Source: Acidobacteriota bacterium
GTDB taxonomy: Bacteria > Acidobacteriota > Thermoanaerobaculia > Gp7-AA8
Assembly: GCA_019244185.1 (NCBI GenBank)
Contig: JAFATB010000023.1
Location: 416,001 to 480,000 of the forward strand
Length of the DNA stretch: 64,000 bases
Direction of reading: 5' to 3'
Below the pieces are notes generated by a model. The model made no database searches and was not told the DNA's origin. It saw only the letters and a program-made list of their open reading frames with translations. Below are positions 1 through 9,912 of the stretch, in pieces. Every line of letters starts with the position of its first letter. Position 1 is the stretch's first letter. The position numbers and the translations under genes were made by a program.

Positions 1-1083
1 CTCGGCCTGCAGCGCGGCGCGAGCCTCGACGACATCAAGAAGTCCTACCGCAAGCTCGCGGTGAAATATCACCCGGACAAAAATCCGGGCGACCCCGAGG
101 CGGAGGAGAAGTTCAAGGAAGCTGCGGAGGCGTACGGCGTGCTCTCCGATGAGGAGAAGCGCGCGCGCTACGACCGCTTCGGACATCAGGGGATGTCCGG
201 CATGGGCGGCTTCGATCCGAATCAGTTCTCCGACTTCGGCGACATCCTCGGCGATCTCTTCGGCTTCGGCGACTTCTTCGGCACGCGCGGCCGCCGCAGC
301 ACGCGCGCCGCGCGCGGCAACGATCTCCGCTACGACCTCACGCTGGAGTTCAACGAGGCGGTGTGGGGGAAGGAGATCACGCTCGACGTGCCGCGCTCCG
401 CGACGTGCACGACGTGCAGTGGCAGCGGCGCGAAGCCCGGCACGCAACCGGTGACGTGCACCGGCTGCGGCGGACGCGGCCAGATCCGCTACTCACAGGG
501 CTTTTTCGCCGTCGCGCGCACGTGCCCGCAATGCGGCGGTGCGGGCAAGGTGATCAAGGACCCATGCGCGACGTGCGGCGGCGCGGGACGCGTGCGCGAG
601 GAGAAGCAGATCTCCGTGAAGGTGCCGGCGGGCGTCGACGACGGCTCACGCCTGCGCGTGGGCGCCGAAGGCGAAGCCGGCTACAACGGCGGACCTCCCG
701 GCGATCTCTACGTGTTCATCAACGTCCGCGAGCACGAGAAGTTCACGCGCCGCGACTACGACATCCACAGCGAGCAGCCGATCACGATGACCCAGGCCGC
801 CCTCGGCGGCGAAGTGCGCACCGACACCATCGACGGCGCCGAATCGCTGCGCGTCCCCCCAGGAACGCAACCCGCGCAAGTCTTCCGCCTGCGGGGCAAA
901 GGCGTCCCCTTCCTCGACGGCACCGGCCGCGGCGACCACTACGTCCACGTCGCCGTGCGCGTCCCCACGTCGCTCAACGACGCTCAGCGCGCGCTGCTCG
1001 AGCAACTCGCCACGCTGGAAGGCGAAACGCCTCCGGGTGAGAAGCGGATGCTGGATAAGGTGAAGGACTTTTTTACGAACTGA
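1..1083 (+). CDS. dnaJ: Molecular chaperone DnaJ (5' end lies outside the window)
   Basis: Frame is open from base 1 ([28 protein letters not shown]). J-domain HPD motif, G/F-rich region, four CxxCxGxG zinc repeats and C-terminal domain are present. Confidence 0.97.
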   Translation, partial: LGLQRGASLDDIKKSYRKLAVKYHPDKNPGDPEAEEKFKEAAEAYGVLSDEEKRARYDRFGHQGMSGMGGFDPNQFSDFGDILGDLFGFGDFFGTRGRRSTRAARGNDLRYDLTLEFNEAVWGKEITLDVPRSATCTTCSGSGAKPGTQPVTCTGCGGRGQIRYSQGFFAVARTCPQCGGAGKVIKDPCATCGGAGRVREEKQISVKVPAGVDDGSRLRVGAEGEAGYNGGPPGDLYVFINVREHEKFTRRDYDIHSEQPITMTQAALGGEVRTDTIDGAESLRVPPGTQPAQVFRLRGKGVPFLDGTGRGDHYVHVAVRVPTSLNDAQRALLEQLATLEGETPPGEKRMLDKVKDFFTN

Positions 1084-1099
1084 GGGACCCGGGGGAGCC

Positions 1100-1330
1100 T
1101 TACTTGGCCGACAGCTCGTGGAGTAGCTGTTCTACCGTTTCGGGTACCGCAACCGGGACGAACCACGCTTCCGGATACAAGTAGTCCTCACCCGATTCGT
1201 CGATGACCCGAACAAAGTTGCGCTGCGCAGCCACAGCATCATCGAGAACTTCGTAGACTTTTCGGAGTTCCAACGTGCCCGCATAGGGGCCGTTATGGAT
1301 GCAAATCGCAAAGTGGGTGTTAGAGCGCAT
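1100..1330 (-). CDS. Small conserved hypothetical protein, putative immunity/antitoxin partner
   Basis: 76 aa with motif KVYEVL...[13 protein letters not shown]. Starts 4 nt after the stop of the 1335-1580 gene. Codon usage is less GC-rich than the flanks. Confidence 0.75.
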   Translation of the reverse strand: MRSNTHFAICIHNGPYAGTLELRKVYEVLDDAVAAQRNFVRVIDESGEDYLYPEAWFVPVAVPETVEQLLHELSAK

Positions 1331-1334
1331 AGGG

Positions 1335-1580
1335 CTAATCGAGAAAACGCTTAATTTTCACCCACCGCATTCCGATGCCGTCGGCCTCATACCAGTGAAG
1401 CTCGGCTTCCTGCATCGTACCATCGCCGAGGCGCACGGTTGCGAGCCCCTTCAGCTTGAGCCAGTCGCCCGTGCCGAAGCGTTCCTCGATGGCGACAAGA
1501 TCGCGAATCTCTTCGCCACGCGCGATCACCTGAATTCGACGGATCGACCCCACGATCTCGAACGAATCCCACACGTCCAC
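1335..1580 (-). CDS. Small hypothetical protein, putative toxin-like domain
   Basis: Motif GDWLKLKG...[12 protein letters not shown]...KIKR. GTG start chosen at 1580, 7 nt below a TGnTACGCT -10-like box (1593-1588). The ORF-track start at 1634 is probably too long. Confidence 0.75.
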   Translation of the reverse strand: MDVWDSFEIVGSIRRIQVIARGEEIRDLVAIEERFGTGDWLKLKGLATVRLGDGTMQEAELHWYEADGIGMRWVKIKRFLD

Positions 1581-1658
1581 GTGCAGGAGCGTAGCACGCG
1601 GCAAACTCGTGCGCTGGCTCCGCATCCTCATCACCCCCCCGCGCTACAATCCCGCCCC

Positions 1659-2276
1659 ATGCCCGACCGCAGTTTCTCCCGCTGGCGCCCGCATCCGTGG
1701 CATGGTCTCTCGGCCGGGGACGAGGCGCCGCGCGTGGTGAACGTGTATGTCGAGATCACGCCGTTCGATTTGATCAAGTACGAGATCGACAAGGCGAGCG
1801 GGTATTTGCGCGTCGATCGGCCGCAGCGCACTTCGTCGCAATTGCCGGCGCTGTATGGATTCATTCCGCAGACGTATTGCGCGGAGCGGGTGATGCGGCT
1901 CTCGGCGGGGGCGACGCAGGGGGACGGGGATCCGCTCGACATTTGCGTGTTGAGCGAGCGTCCGATCTCGAAGTCGGAGCTGCTCGTGCCGGCGCGCGTG
2001 ATCGGCGGGCTGCAGGTGCAGGATCGCGGCGAGGCGGACGACAAGATCGTCGCGGTGCTGCAGGGCGACTACGTCTGGGGGGAGGCGGTGGACCTCGACG
2101 ATGTGCCGGACGTGCTCATCGAACGGCTCGAGCACTACTTCACGACCTACAAGCTCGTTCCCGGCGAGGCGCCGCGCATCCGCATCATCGGGCGTTACGG
2201 CTACGACCACGCGGCCGCGGTGGTGCAGGCGGCGATGGAGGACTATCGCGCGCACTTTGGCGGCGGCGATGCGTGA
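1659..2276 (+). CDS. ppa: Inorganic pyrophosphatase (family I)
   Basis: HPWH N-terminus, KYEIDK, YGFIPQT, DGDPLD active-site motif, DDKI. ATG at 1659 follows TACAAT (1645-1650). Confidence 0.93.
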   Translation: MPDRSFSRWRPHPWHGLSAGDEAPRVVNVYVEITPFDLIKYEIDKASGYLRVDRPQRTSSQLPALYGFIPQTYCAERVMRLSAGATQGDGDPLDICVLSERPISKSELLVPARVIGGLQVQDRGEADDKIVAVLQGDYVWGEAVDLDDVPDVLIERLEHYFTTYKLVPGEAPRIRIIGRYGYDHAAAVVQAAMEDYRAHFGGGDA

Positions 2277-3126
2277 TTACCTCCTCGAGATCTCGTTCGA
2301 CGCGCGCGACACCGCGCTCGAGGACGAGATCCAGTCACGACTATTTCTCACCGCGACGACCGGCAGCACGTCGAACGATGTCAACGGCACGCTGACCATC
2401 TCCGCGTACTTTGACGAGCCCGAACAGCGCGACGCCGCAATGGACGCGCTGCGCGACGTCGATGCCATTGAGCTGCACGCGACGGAACGCGAGCGCGTCG
2501 ATTGGCTCGATCTCTATCAGCAGTCGCTCGAACCGCTCGTGATCGGCACGCGCTTCATCGTCGCGCCCGACGCCGCGCTGTTGCCGGATGCCGTTGCGCA
2601 CGGCGCCGACCGCCTTACGATCGTCGTGCCGCAGGAGCAGGCCTTCGGCTCCGGCTCGCACGAGACGACGTCGCTTTGCATCGAGCTCCTCGAAACGCTG
2701 CCGGTGCGCGGCGCGCGCGGTCTCGACATCGGCGCGGGCAGCGGCATCCTCGCCATCGCCATGCATCGTCTCGGCGCGGCGAAGGTGATCGCCTTCGACA
2801 ACGATCCCGACGCGTACGGCGCGTTGCGCGACAACCGCATCCGCAACGAGGTCGCCGAGTCCGCGCTGCCGCTCTTCATCGGCAGCGTCGAGGCGTTGCG
2901 CGCGGGTGCGTTCGACGTGCTGACGATGAACATCATCCCGGAGGTCATCGTGCCGATGCTCGGGGACGTCGTGAGGCACATGGCGCGCGACGCGCGGCTG
3001 CTCGTCAGCGGCATCCTCGTCGTCAAGCGCGACGAGGTCGTCGCCGCGGCGGGCGCGCACGGCCTGCAACTGATCGATGAACGTGAGAAGGGCGAGTGGT
3101 GGGCGGGCGTGCTCGGCATGTTATGA
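2269..3126 (+). CDS. prmA: Ribosomal protein L11 methyltransferase
   Basis: [25 protein letters not shown]-binding motif, SGIL. Overlaps the ppa stop codon. Confidence 0.9.
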   Translation: MRDYLLEISFDARDTALEDEIQSRLFLTATTGSTSNDVNGTLTISAYFDEPEQRDAAMDALRDVDAIELHATERERVDWLDLYQQSLEPLVIGTRFIVAPDAALLPDAVAHGADRLTIVVPQEQAFGSGSHETTSLCIELLETLPVRGARGLDIGAGSGILAIAMHRLGAAKVIAFDNDPDAYGALRDNRIRNEVAESALPLFIGSVEALRAGAFDVLTMNIIPEVIVPMLGDVVRHMARDARLLVSGILVVKRDEVVAAAGAHGLQLIDEREKGEWWAGVLGML

Positions 3127-3142
3127 AGTGCGCATGCACTTG

Positions 3143-4429
3143 ATGCGACGCGCGGTTCTCGTCGTTCTTCTGGCCACGCTGTCGTTGCACGCGCAGGACT
3201 CGCCGCTCGCCGCGGCGTTGCGCGCGAACGGCGTTCCGTTCACGATCGAGAACGGCCAGCTCGGCGGCGCCGGCGCGGCGTTCTTCCGCCAGCTCGCGCG
3301 CGAGCATCAGTTCATCATCATCGGAGAAGACCACGGCATCCACGAAGTGCCGGAGTTCGTCGGCGCCGCATTCGATCTCGCGCGCCGCGACGCGAACTAC
3401 CGCCACCTCGGCATCGAGCTCGGTCCCGAAACGGCGCGCCAGCTCGAGACCATGCTACGCAAGCCGAGCGGACAGGACGACCTGAAAGCGTTCCTCACGC
3501 GCTACACCGGCTTCTCGCTGCCGTTCGCGAACTGGCGCGAGGAAGCGCAGCTCTTCCAGCGCGTCGTGCAGTCGCTGCCGGACGAGAAGCACGTGCTGTG
3601 GGGACTCGATCAGGAGTTCATCGTCGCGCCGTCGTATTTGTTCGAGAGCCTCGCGCGCATGGCACCGAACGATGAAGCGCGGACGCTGGCGACGAATCTC
3701 GCGGCGTCCTCGCTGGCGTCGGACCGGCGCATGATCGCCGAGGCGAATCCGCAGGCGGTGTGGATGGTCACGTCGACGGATGCGGACGTCGCGGCGTTGC
3801 AGAAGGCATTCGCGAACGCCACGCCCGCGGCGCGCGCGCTGCTCGACGAGATCGTGCAGAGCCGCGCGATTTACCGCGCGATCTTCAGCGGCAAGAACTA
3901 CGAGTCGAACCGCGACCGCGCGGAGCTGATGAAGCGGCACTTCGCCGCCGAGTACGAGGCGGCGCGCCGCGCCGGAGAAGCCGCGCCGCGCGTGATGCTG
4001 AAGTTCGGCTCGAACCACGCGTTTCGCGGCGTGAGCGGGACCAGCACTTACGAGCTCGGCTCGTTCCTGCCGGAGCTCGCGATCGCGAACGGCTCGCATG
4101 CGTGCAACGTGCTCCTCGTGCACACGCGCGGCACGCAGAACATGTACCGCCCGTTCGGCAGCAAGCTCGAAGACCAGGCGAAGCCGTTCGCGGACGGCGG
4201 GAGCGACTCCGACAACGACGTGCTCGACGTCCGCGCCGCGCGCGCCATCGCGGGCGACGCGATGATGATGTTCGATCTGCGCCCGGTGCGCGCCGCGGCG
4301 CAGAACCGGAAGCTCGGGAAACTCGATCCGCCCGTGCTGCGGCTGCTGCAGGCGTTCGACGTCGTGGTCGTGCTGCCGGTCGTGCACGCGTCGGCGCTGA
4401 TCGTGCCGCCGGCGGAACCGTCGCACTGA
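3143..4429 (+). CDS. Secreted hypothetical protein, possibly EreA/ChaN/TIKI-like hydrolase fold
   Basis: Signal peptide MRRAVLVVLLATLSLHA. IIIGEDHG, GLDQE and KFGSNH motifs resemble the erythromycin-esterase-like superfamily (inference). Confidence 0.6.
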   Translation: MRRAVLVVLLATLSLHAQDSPLAAALRANGVPFTIENGQLGGAGAAFFRQLAREHQFIIIGEDHGIHEVPEFVGAAFDLARRDANYRHLGIELGPETARQLETMLRKPSGQDDLKAFLTRYTGFSLPFANWREEAQLFQRVVQSLPDEKHVLWGLDQEFIVAPSYLFESLARMAPNDEARTLATNLAASSLASDRRMIAEANPQAVWMVTSTDADVAALQKAFANATPAARALLDEIVQSRAIYRAIFSGKNYESNRDRAELMKRHFAAEYEAARRAGEAAPRVMLKFGSNHAFRGVSGTSTYELGSFLPELAIANGSHACNVLLVHTRGTQNMYRPFGSKLEDQAKPFADGGSDSDNDVLDVRAARAIAGDAMMMFDLRPVRAAAQNRKLGKLDPPVLRLLQAFDVVVVLPVVHASALIVPPAEPSH

Positions 4430-4431
4430 AG

Positions 4432-4454
4432 GCGCGGCGCTCGCGGCGCCGCGC
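4432..4454. terminator. GC hairpin between convergent genes
   Basis: GCGCGGCGC-tcgcg-GCGCCGCGC inverted repeat between the stops at 4429 and 4461. No U-tract. Confidence 0.35.
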
Positions 4455-4460
4455 AATGCC

Positions 4461-5744
4461 TCAGCGCTGGTCGATGGCGACGTAGTCGCGGCGCGGCGCG
4501 CCGGTGTAGATCTGCCGCGGACGCGCGATCTTCTGATCGGGATCGCCGAGCATCTCCTGCCACTGCGCGAGCCAGCCGGACGTGCGCGGGATCGCGAAGA
4601 GCACCGTGAACATCTCCATCGGGAACCGCATGGCCTGATAGATGAGGCCCGAGTAAAAGTCGACGTTCGGGTAGAGCTTGCGCTTGATGAAGTAGTCGTC
4701 CTCGAGCGCGATGCGTTCGAGCTCGACGGCGATGTCGATCAGCGGATTCTTGCCCGTCACCTCGAACACCTCGTACGCGACCTGCTTCACCAGCTTCGCG
4801 CGCGGGTCGTAGTTCTTGTAGACGCGGTGGCCGAAGCCCATGAGGCGTCCTTCGCCGCCCTTCACGCCCTTGATGAACTCGGGGATCGCGCTGACGGAGC
4901 CGATCTCGAGGAGCATGCGGATGACGGCCTCGTTCGCGCCGCCGTGCAGCGGGCCATAAAGAGCCGCGGCGGCCGCGGCGCCTGCCGAGTACGGATCGAC
5001 CTGAGAGCTGCCGACGGCGCGCATGGCGTTGGTCGAGCAGTTCTGTTCGTGGTCCGCGTGGAGGATGAAGAGGATGTCCAGCGCACGCTCGAGCACGGGG
5101 TTCGGCGTGTACTTCACCTCCGTCATCTTGTACATCATGTTGAGGAAGTTGCCGGCGTACGAGAGCTCGTTGTCGGGATACGCATACGGCATCCCGATCG
5201 TGCTGCGGTAGTTGAACGCGGCGATCGTCGTGACCTTCGCGATGAGCCGGTGGATCTGCTTCTGCCGGCATTCGGCGTCGAAGATGTTCTTCGATTCCGG
5301 ATAGAACGTGCCCAACGCGGCCAGCGACGCGATGAAGCGGCCCATCGGATGCGCGTTGTAGCGGAACGAGTCGATGAGCTTGCGGAAGTTCTCGTTGAGG
5401 ATGGTGTGGTGCGTGACCGAGTGCTGCCATTCGGCGAGCTGCGTTTGGTTCGGGAGCTCGCCGTTGAGGAGGAGATACGCGACTTCGAGATAGCTGCTCT
5501 GTTCCGCGAGCTGTTCGATCGGATAGCCGCGGTATTCGAGGATGCCCTGGTCGCCGTCGATGAAAGTGATCGCGCTGCGGCACGACGCGGTGTTCATGAA
5601 CGCCGGGTCGTAGGTCATCATCCCGAACTCGTCGTCGGTGACTTTGATCTGGCGAAGGTCGAGGGCTTTGATCGTGCCGTCGTTGATGGGGACGTCGTAG
5701 GTTTTTCCGGTTCTGTTGTCTGTGATGGTGAGGGTCTCGGCCAC
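4461..5744 (-). CDS. gltA: Citrate synthase
   Basis: DPAFMNTASC, LHADHEQNCST, GPLHGGANE, GFGHRVYKNYDPR, YPNVDFYSG. GTG start has GGAGGT RBS. Confidence 0.97.
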   Translation of the reverse strand: MAETLTITDNRTGKTYDVPINDGTIKALDLRQIKVTDDEFGMMTYDPAFMNTASCRSAITFIDGDQGILEYRGYPIEQLAEQSSYLEVAYLLLNGELPNQTQLAEWQHSVTHHTILNENFRKLIDSFRYNAHPMGRFIASLAALGTFYPESKNIFDAECRQKQIHRLIAKVTTIAAFNYRSTIGMPYAYPDNELSYAGNFLNMMYKMTEVKYTPNPVLERALDILFILHADHEQNCSTNAMRAVGSSQVDPYSAGAAAAAALYGPLHGGANEAVIRMLLEIGSVSAIPEFIKGVKGGEGRLMGFGHRVYKNYDPRAKLVKQVAYEVFEVTGKNPLIDIAVELERIALEDDYFIKRKLYPNVDFYSGLIYQAMRFPMEMFTVLFAIPRTSGWLAQWQEMLGDPDQKIARPRQIYTGAPRRDYVAIDQR

Positions 5745-5777
5745 GAACGGCACCTCCAATAGCGGAGGCGTAATCTA

Positions 5778-6470
5778 CTACAGATCCCCGAAGCGGGAAG
5801 CGATGACGCTCAGTGCGACGATCGCTGCCGTTTCGGCGCGCAAACGGCGCGGTCCGAGGCGCATGAAACCGCAGCCGAAGTCGCGCGCGCGGCGCAGTTC
5901 GTCGTCGCTCCAGCCGCCTTCCGGACCGATCAGCAGCGTGACCTCGTTCATGCGCTCGACCGAGGTTGGTTCGGCATCGGCGTCGAAGAGAAGCTTCACG
6001 CCCGGACGCGCGAGCACTTCATCGAACGACAGCGGCGCTTCGAGCCGCGGAATGCGCGCGCGTCCCGACTGCTTCGTCGCCTCGAAGAGGATCTTGTTCC
6101 ACCGCTCGAGCTTTCCCTGATAGCGCTCGCGCCGCACTTCCGTGTGCTCGGTTTCCATCGGAACGATCGACGCGGCGCCGAGCTCGGTCGCCTTCTGCAG
6201 CACGAGCTCGAACTTCTCGAGCTGAATGACGCTCATCGCCAGATGCATCACGAGCGGCGACTCGCGCGACGGCAGCGCGTCGCCGGCAACGATGATCGCG
6301 CGATCGCGTTCGATGGCTTCGACGACGCCGCGCGCGGCACGACCCTCACGATCGAAGAGCTCGACTTCCTCGCCCGCGCGCACGCGTACCACGCGGATCG
6401 AATGATGGAACTCGTCGCCCGCGACTTCCGTGCGCGGCGCGATGGCGTCGACGAAGATGCGATGGCGCAT
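5778..6470 (-). CDS. rsmE: 16S rRNA m3U1498 methyltransferase
   Basis: HHSIRVVR, QKATELG, EATKQSGR, IGPEGGWS, LGPRRLRAETA (SPOUT motifs). Confidence 0.95.
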   Translation of the reverse strand: MRHRIFVDAIAPRTEVAGDEFHHSIRVVRVRAGEEVELFDREGRAARGVVEAIERDRAIIVAGDALPSRESPLVMHLAMSVIQLEKFELVLQKATELGAASIVPMETEHTEVRRERYQGKLERWNKILFEATKQSGRARIPRLEAPLSFDEVLARPGVKLLFDADAEPTSVERMNEVTLLIGPEGGWSDDELRRARDFGCGFMRLGPRRLRAETAAIVALSVIASRFGDL

Positions 6471-6489
6471 GGCTGGTTAAAATACCGCA

Positions 6490-7407
6490 GTGACCCTGGA
6501 GCTTCTCCGTTCCTCTCGACGCATCGGCTTCGTCTTCTCCGGCGGCTCGTCGCGCTGCGCGTTTCAGGTCGGCGCCGTCGAGCGCCTCTCCGCCCTCGGC
6601 ATCCGCGCGGCGGTGACCGTCGGCGTGTCGGCCGGCTCGTGGAACGCCGCGATCGTCGCCGCGCGCTCGGAAGATCGCATTCGCTATTTCTGGAAGTCGT
6701 TCATGCGCATGCCCGCCTTCGACGTGCGCAATCTCTTCCGCGCGCATCACTCGCCGTGGCGTTACGCGGAGATGCATCGCCGCAACTTCGGACGCTTCAT
6801 CGACAAGCGCCTGCACGATCGCGACGCGCTGCCGTGCCTCGTCTCCGTCACGCGGCTGCGCGACAAGGCGAACGCGATTCTCGCGGCGGCGGACGTCGAC
6901 GATCCGCTGGAGCTGCTGCTCGCGACGAACTACCTCCCGCCGTTCTACACGCACGCGCCGCGCATTCAGGGCGAGCGTTACGGCGACGGCGGCGTGACCG
7001 ACAACGCGCCGTACGAGGCCGCCTTCGCCGCCGGCTGCGACGCGGTCGTGCTGATCACGATGAAAGGCGAGTCCGAAGGCGGCATCTACAAAAGCACGCG
7101 CGACGTCGATCACGTGATCCCGCCCGCCTTGCGCGAGCGCGTGGTCGTCATCCGCCCGCGCCATCGACTTCCCTTCAGCTTCACCGAACGCCGCTGGGAG
7201 AAGCTCTCCGAGCTCATCACCCTCGGCGATCTCCGCACGCGCGAGCTGCTCCTCGGCGAGCGCCATCCCGAGACCGACGTCCGCGCCACCGGCGAGTCGC
7301 CGACCGTGAAGGTCGTGCGCGCGCTGCGGAAGCTACGCGTCGGTGACGACCGTCGCCGTCCCGCGGACGCGTTCGCGGATCAGCGGGAGGAGCGCGAGCC
7401 CTGGTAG
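6490..7407 (+). CDS. Patatin-like phospholipase
   Basis: FSGGSSR oxyanion loop, GVSAG nucleophile elbow, DGG motif. Confidence 0.85.
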   Translation: MTLELLRSSRRIGFVFSGGSSRCAFQVGAVERLSALGIRAAVTVGVSAGSWNAAIVAARSEDRIRYFWKSFMRMPAFDVRNLFRAHHSPWRYAEMHRRNFGRFIDKRLHDRDALPCLVSVTRLRDKANAILAAADVDDPLELLLATNYLPPFYTHAPRIQGERYGDGGVTDNAPYEAAFAAGCDAVVLITMKGESEGGIYKSTRDVDHVIPPALRERVVVIRPRHRLPFSFTERRWEKLSELITLGDLRTRELLLGERHPETDVRATGESPTVKVVRALRKLRVGDDRRRPADAFADQREEREPW

Positions 7408-8541
7408 CGCGAGCGCGGCGGTGAGCCAGTAGTAGCGCGCGTAGCCGAGGTCCTGCGCGAAGAAGCCGCTGACCGAGCCGGCCAGCGTGCGCGTGAAGCC
7501 GAAGACGGCGCTCAGCATTGCGAACTCCGTGGCCGCGTTTTCCTTGTCGCAGACGAACATCAGGAACGAGAGGAACGCCGCGATGCCGAGGCCGCCGCAG
7601 AACGTCTCGATGACGGCGGCGCCGTACAGCGCGGAGCGGCCCGCGCCCGTGGTGGCCACGAACGCGTAGCCGAGGTTCGAGAGCATCTGCACGAGACCGA
7701 GCCAGAAGAGACCGGCGAAGATGCCGAAGCGCGCGACGAACGCGCCTCCGGCGATGGCTCCCGCGATGGTGCAGATCATCCCGAGCGTCGTGGTCACGTT
7801 GCCGACTTCCGTCGCCGTGAAGCCGCGCGCGATCCAGTACGGCTTGATCATCGGCGAGAGCGCGGAATCGCCGAGGCGATAGAGCAGCACGACGGCGAGC
7901 AAGGGAAGTGAGCCGGGACGCTGCAGCCACGCGACGAGCGCGCGCAGCGGATTCGCGTGCGCGTCCGCGCGTCCGGCCTCGCGCGGCAGCGCGGTGAGGA
8001 GCGCGACGATGATCAGCAGCGGCAGGATGGCGGAGACGAGGAATGCGTGGCGCCAGCCGATGCGATCGGCGAGGACGGCGATGCCGCCGCCGGCGAGGAT
8101 GATGGCGACGCGATACGACGTGACGCGCGCGGAGTTCACGATGCCGAGCTGCTCCGGCGGCGTGATGCGGATCGTCAGCGCGTCGATGGCGATGTCCTGC
8201 GTCGCCGACGCGAGCGCGAGCACGGCGGCGACGATCCAGAACGGCGTCGTGGCGGGCGTCACGAATCCGAGGGTTGCGAGCGACGCGGTGATGACGACGA
8301 GCGCGCCGCAGATCCACGCGCGATACGTTCCCGCGAGATCGACGGCGGGCGCCCAGAAGAGCTTCAGCGTCCACGCGAGGCCGACGCTGCTGAGCAGGCC
8401 CACCTGCGCGAGCGGCGCGTGCACCGCGGCGAGGTAGAGGTTCAGCGTCTCGGTGACGACGCCGAAGGGAAGCCCCTGCGAGAAATAGAGGATGCTGGCG
8501 AGCGTCGGGAGGAGCCAGCGCGATCGTGCAGGTGCGGACAA
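7333..8541 (-). CDS. AmpG-like MFS permease
   Basis: LYFSQGLPFG, LKLFWAPAVD, SATQDIAIDA motifs. About 12 hydrophobic segments. Confidence 0.88.
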   Translation of the reverse strand: MSAPARSRWLLPTLASILYFSQGLPFGVVTETLNLYLAAVHAPLAQVGLLSSVGLAWTLKLFWAPAVDLAGTYRAWICGALVVITASLATLGFVTPATTPFWIVAAVLALASATQDIAIDALTIRITPPEQLGIVNSARVTSYRVAIILAGGGIAVLADRIGWRHAFLVSAILPLLIIVALLTALPREAGRADAHANPLRALVAWLQRPGSLPLLAVVLLYRLGDSALSPMIKPYWIARGFTATEVGNVTTTLGMICTIAGAIAGGAFVARFGIFAGLFWLGLVQMLSNLGYAFVATTGAGRSALYGAAVIETFCGGLGIAAFLSFLMFVCDKENAATEFAMLSAVFGFTRTLAGSVSGFFAQDLGYARYYWLTAALALPGLALLPLIRERVRGTATVVTDA

Positions 8542-8569
8542 GCGCCCGCGATTCTAGTGTGGCGAGCGG

Positions 8570-9073
8570 CTATCTCGACGAGTACACCGTCACCGGAAAC
8601 TTCATCTGTCCGATGGGGGTGTTGTAGTACGCGTTGCCGCGGATCTCGTAGCGCGCGCGGTTGCCGCGCACGACGTCGGCGATCTCGGTGAAGATCGAGC
8701 GGATGTTCTGGTAGCCGATGCGCGTGGAGAGGCGCACGTCGCCGCGGCCGTTGGCGGGGATGCGGATGCCCTGCTGGCTCACCGAGTCGAGGACGCGCGT
8801 GTCGTTGATGAAGAGGTTGAAGTCGATCTGGTCGAGCCGCAGCCCGACGGAGTTCGGATTGTCCACTTCGAGGGCGAAGTCGACGTCGATCGAGGACGCG
8901 GAGAGGGGGAGCGCGATGTCGACGCGCGGATGGATGTCGCGGATGCTGTAGCGCGGGTTCTCGATGTTGAGCGCGCGGGCCACGCTGCTGCAGCCCGAGA
9001 GCGTGAAGCAGGCGATGCCGGCCACGATGCTCAATGCCGCGAGGAGGCCGCCCAGGGTCAGGTTCCGTTTCAT
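8570..9073 (-). CDS. LEA type 2 (WHy domain) lipoprotein
   Basis: Start MKRNLTLGG, lipobox LSGC, V.NPN motif, beta-rich body. Confidence 0.8.
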   Translation of the reverse strand: MKRNLTLGGLLAALSIVAGIACFTLSGCSSVARALNIENPRYSIRDIHPRVDIALPLSASSIDVDFALEVDNPNSVGLRLDQIDFNLFINDTRVLDSVSQQGIRIPANGRGDVRLSTRIGYQNIRSIFTEIADVVRGNRARYEIRGNAYYNTPIGQMKFPVTVYSSR

Positions 9074-9085
9074 CGCGCAGCGAGA

Positions 9086-9101
9086 GTGCAAACGGCTCGC
9101 C
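9086..9101 (-). promoter_or_regulatory. Candidate sigma54 -24/-12 promoter for the LEA gene
   Basis: Minus strand reads GG-CGAGCCGTTT-GCA (GG-N10-GC spacing) about 15 nt above the ATG. Confidence 0.35.
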
Positions 9102-9134
9102 CGGCGCGCGCCTGCCATCAAGTAGAATCCGCCG

Positions 9135-9150
9135 TGGTCTGGCCGTTGCA
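9135..9150 (+). promoter_or_regulatory. Candidate sigma54 -24/-12 promoter for the GT2 gene
   Basis: TGG-TCTGGCCGTT-GCA with GG-N10-GC spacing and TTGC. A TAGAAT box also lies at 9123-9128. Confidence 0.35.
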
Positions 9151-9165
9151 AACCCGTCGATCACG

Positions 9166-9894
9166 ATGTCTCTGGAGGCAGAACGCTTGAGGACCACCGC
9201 CGTAGTCGCGGCGTACAACGAAGAAAAGACCATCGGCGACGTCCTCCGGGCGCTCACGTCGACGGACCTGATCGACGAGGTGATCGTGGTGAGCGACGGC
9301 TCGGACGACCGGACCGTCGAGATCTGCCGCGGCTTCGAGCGCGTCCGTACCATTGCTCTCAGGGAGAATCACGGCAAAGGGTTCGCGATGGCGGTCGGCG
9401 TCGCCAACGCCTCGCATGACGTGCTCTTCTTCTGCGACGGCGACATGTACAACGTCACCGAGGAGCACATCGCCGCGTTGCTCGAGCCGGTCGTGCGCAA
9501 CGAATGCGACATGAACATCGGCATCCGCGACCGCGGCGCCGTCGCGAACTTCTTCCACCTGCACCTGAAGTGCGGCCCGGTGCTGTCGGGCATCCGCGTC
9601 ATGCGCCGCTCGGTCTTCGAGACCGTGCCGCCGCAGTATCAGGCGCACTACAAGATCGAGGCGGCGCTGAACTGCTTCTGCGCGGCGGCGGGCTTCCGGC
9701 AGCGGCAGACGATCATCCGCGGGCTCGACCACGTGATCAAGGAGTCGAAGCGCGGGCTGCGCGACGGCCTCTACGCGCGCTGGCACATGATGCGGCAGGT
9801 GTTCCTGCTGCTCTTCGATCTGTATGTCTTCGAGACGTGGCGCTGGACGCCGCGCAGCGAGCTGCCGGTCGCGGAGTACGACCTCTTCGAGTAG
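9166..9894 (+). CDS. Glycosyltransferase family 2
   Basis: AAYNEEKTI, VVSDGSDD, NHGKGFA, FFCDGD (DxD motif). Confidence 0.9.
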   Translation: MSLEAERLRTTAVVAAYNEEKTIGDVLRALTSTDLIDEVIVVSDGSDDRTVEICRGFERVRTIALRENHGKGFAMAVGVANASHDVLFFCDGDMYNVTEEHIAALLEPVVRNECDMNIGIRDRGAVANFFHLHLKCGPVLSGIRVMRRSVFETVPPQYQAHYKIEAALNCFCAAAGFRQRQTIIRGLDHVIKESKRGLRDGLYARWHMMRQVFLLLFDLYVFETWRWTPRSELPVAEYDLFE

Positions 9895-9912
9895 CCGCGG
9901 AGCGGCGCCGGC

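Noticed and set aside
1299-1658. N-terminal extension of ppa
   Set aside because: Overlaps the minus-strand small genes. The family-typical start and -10 box point to ATG 1659.
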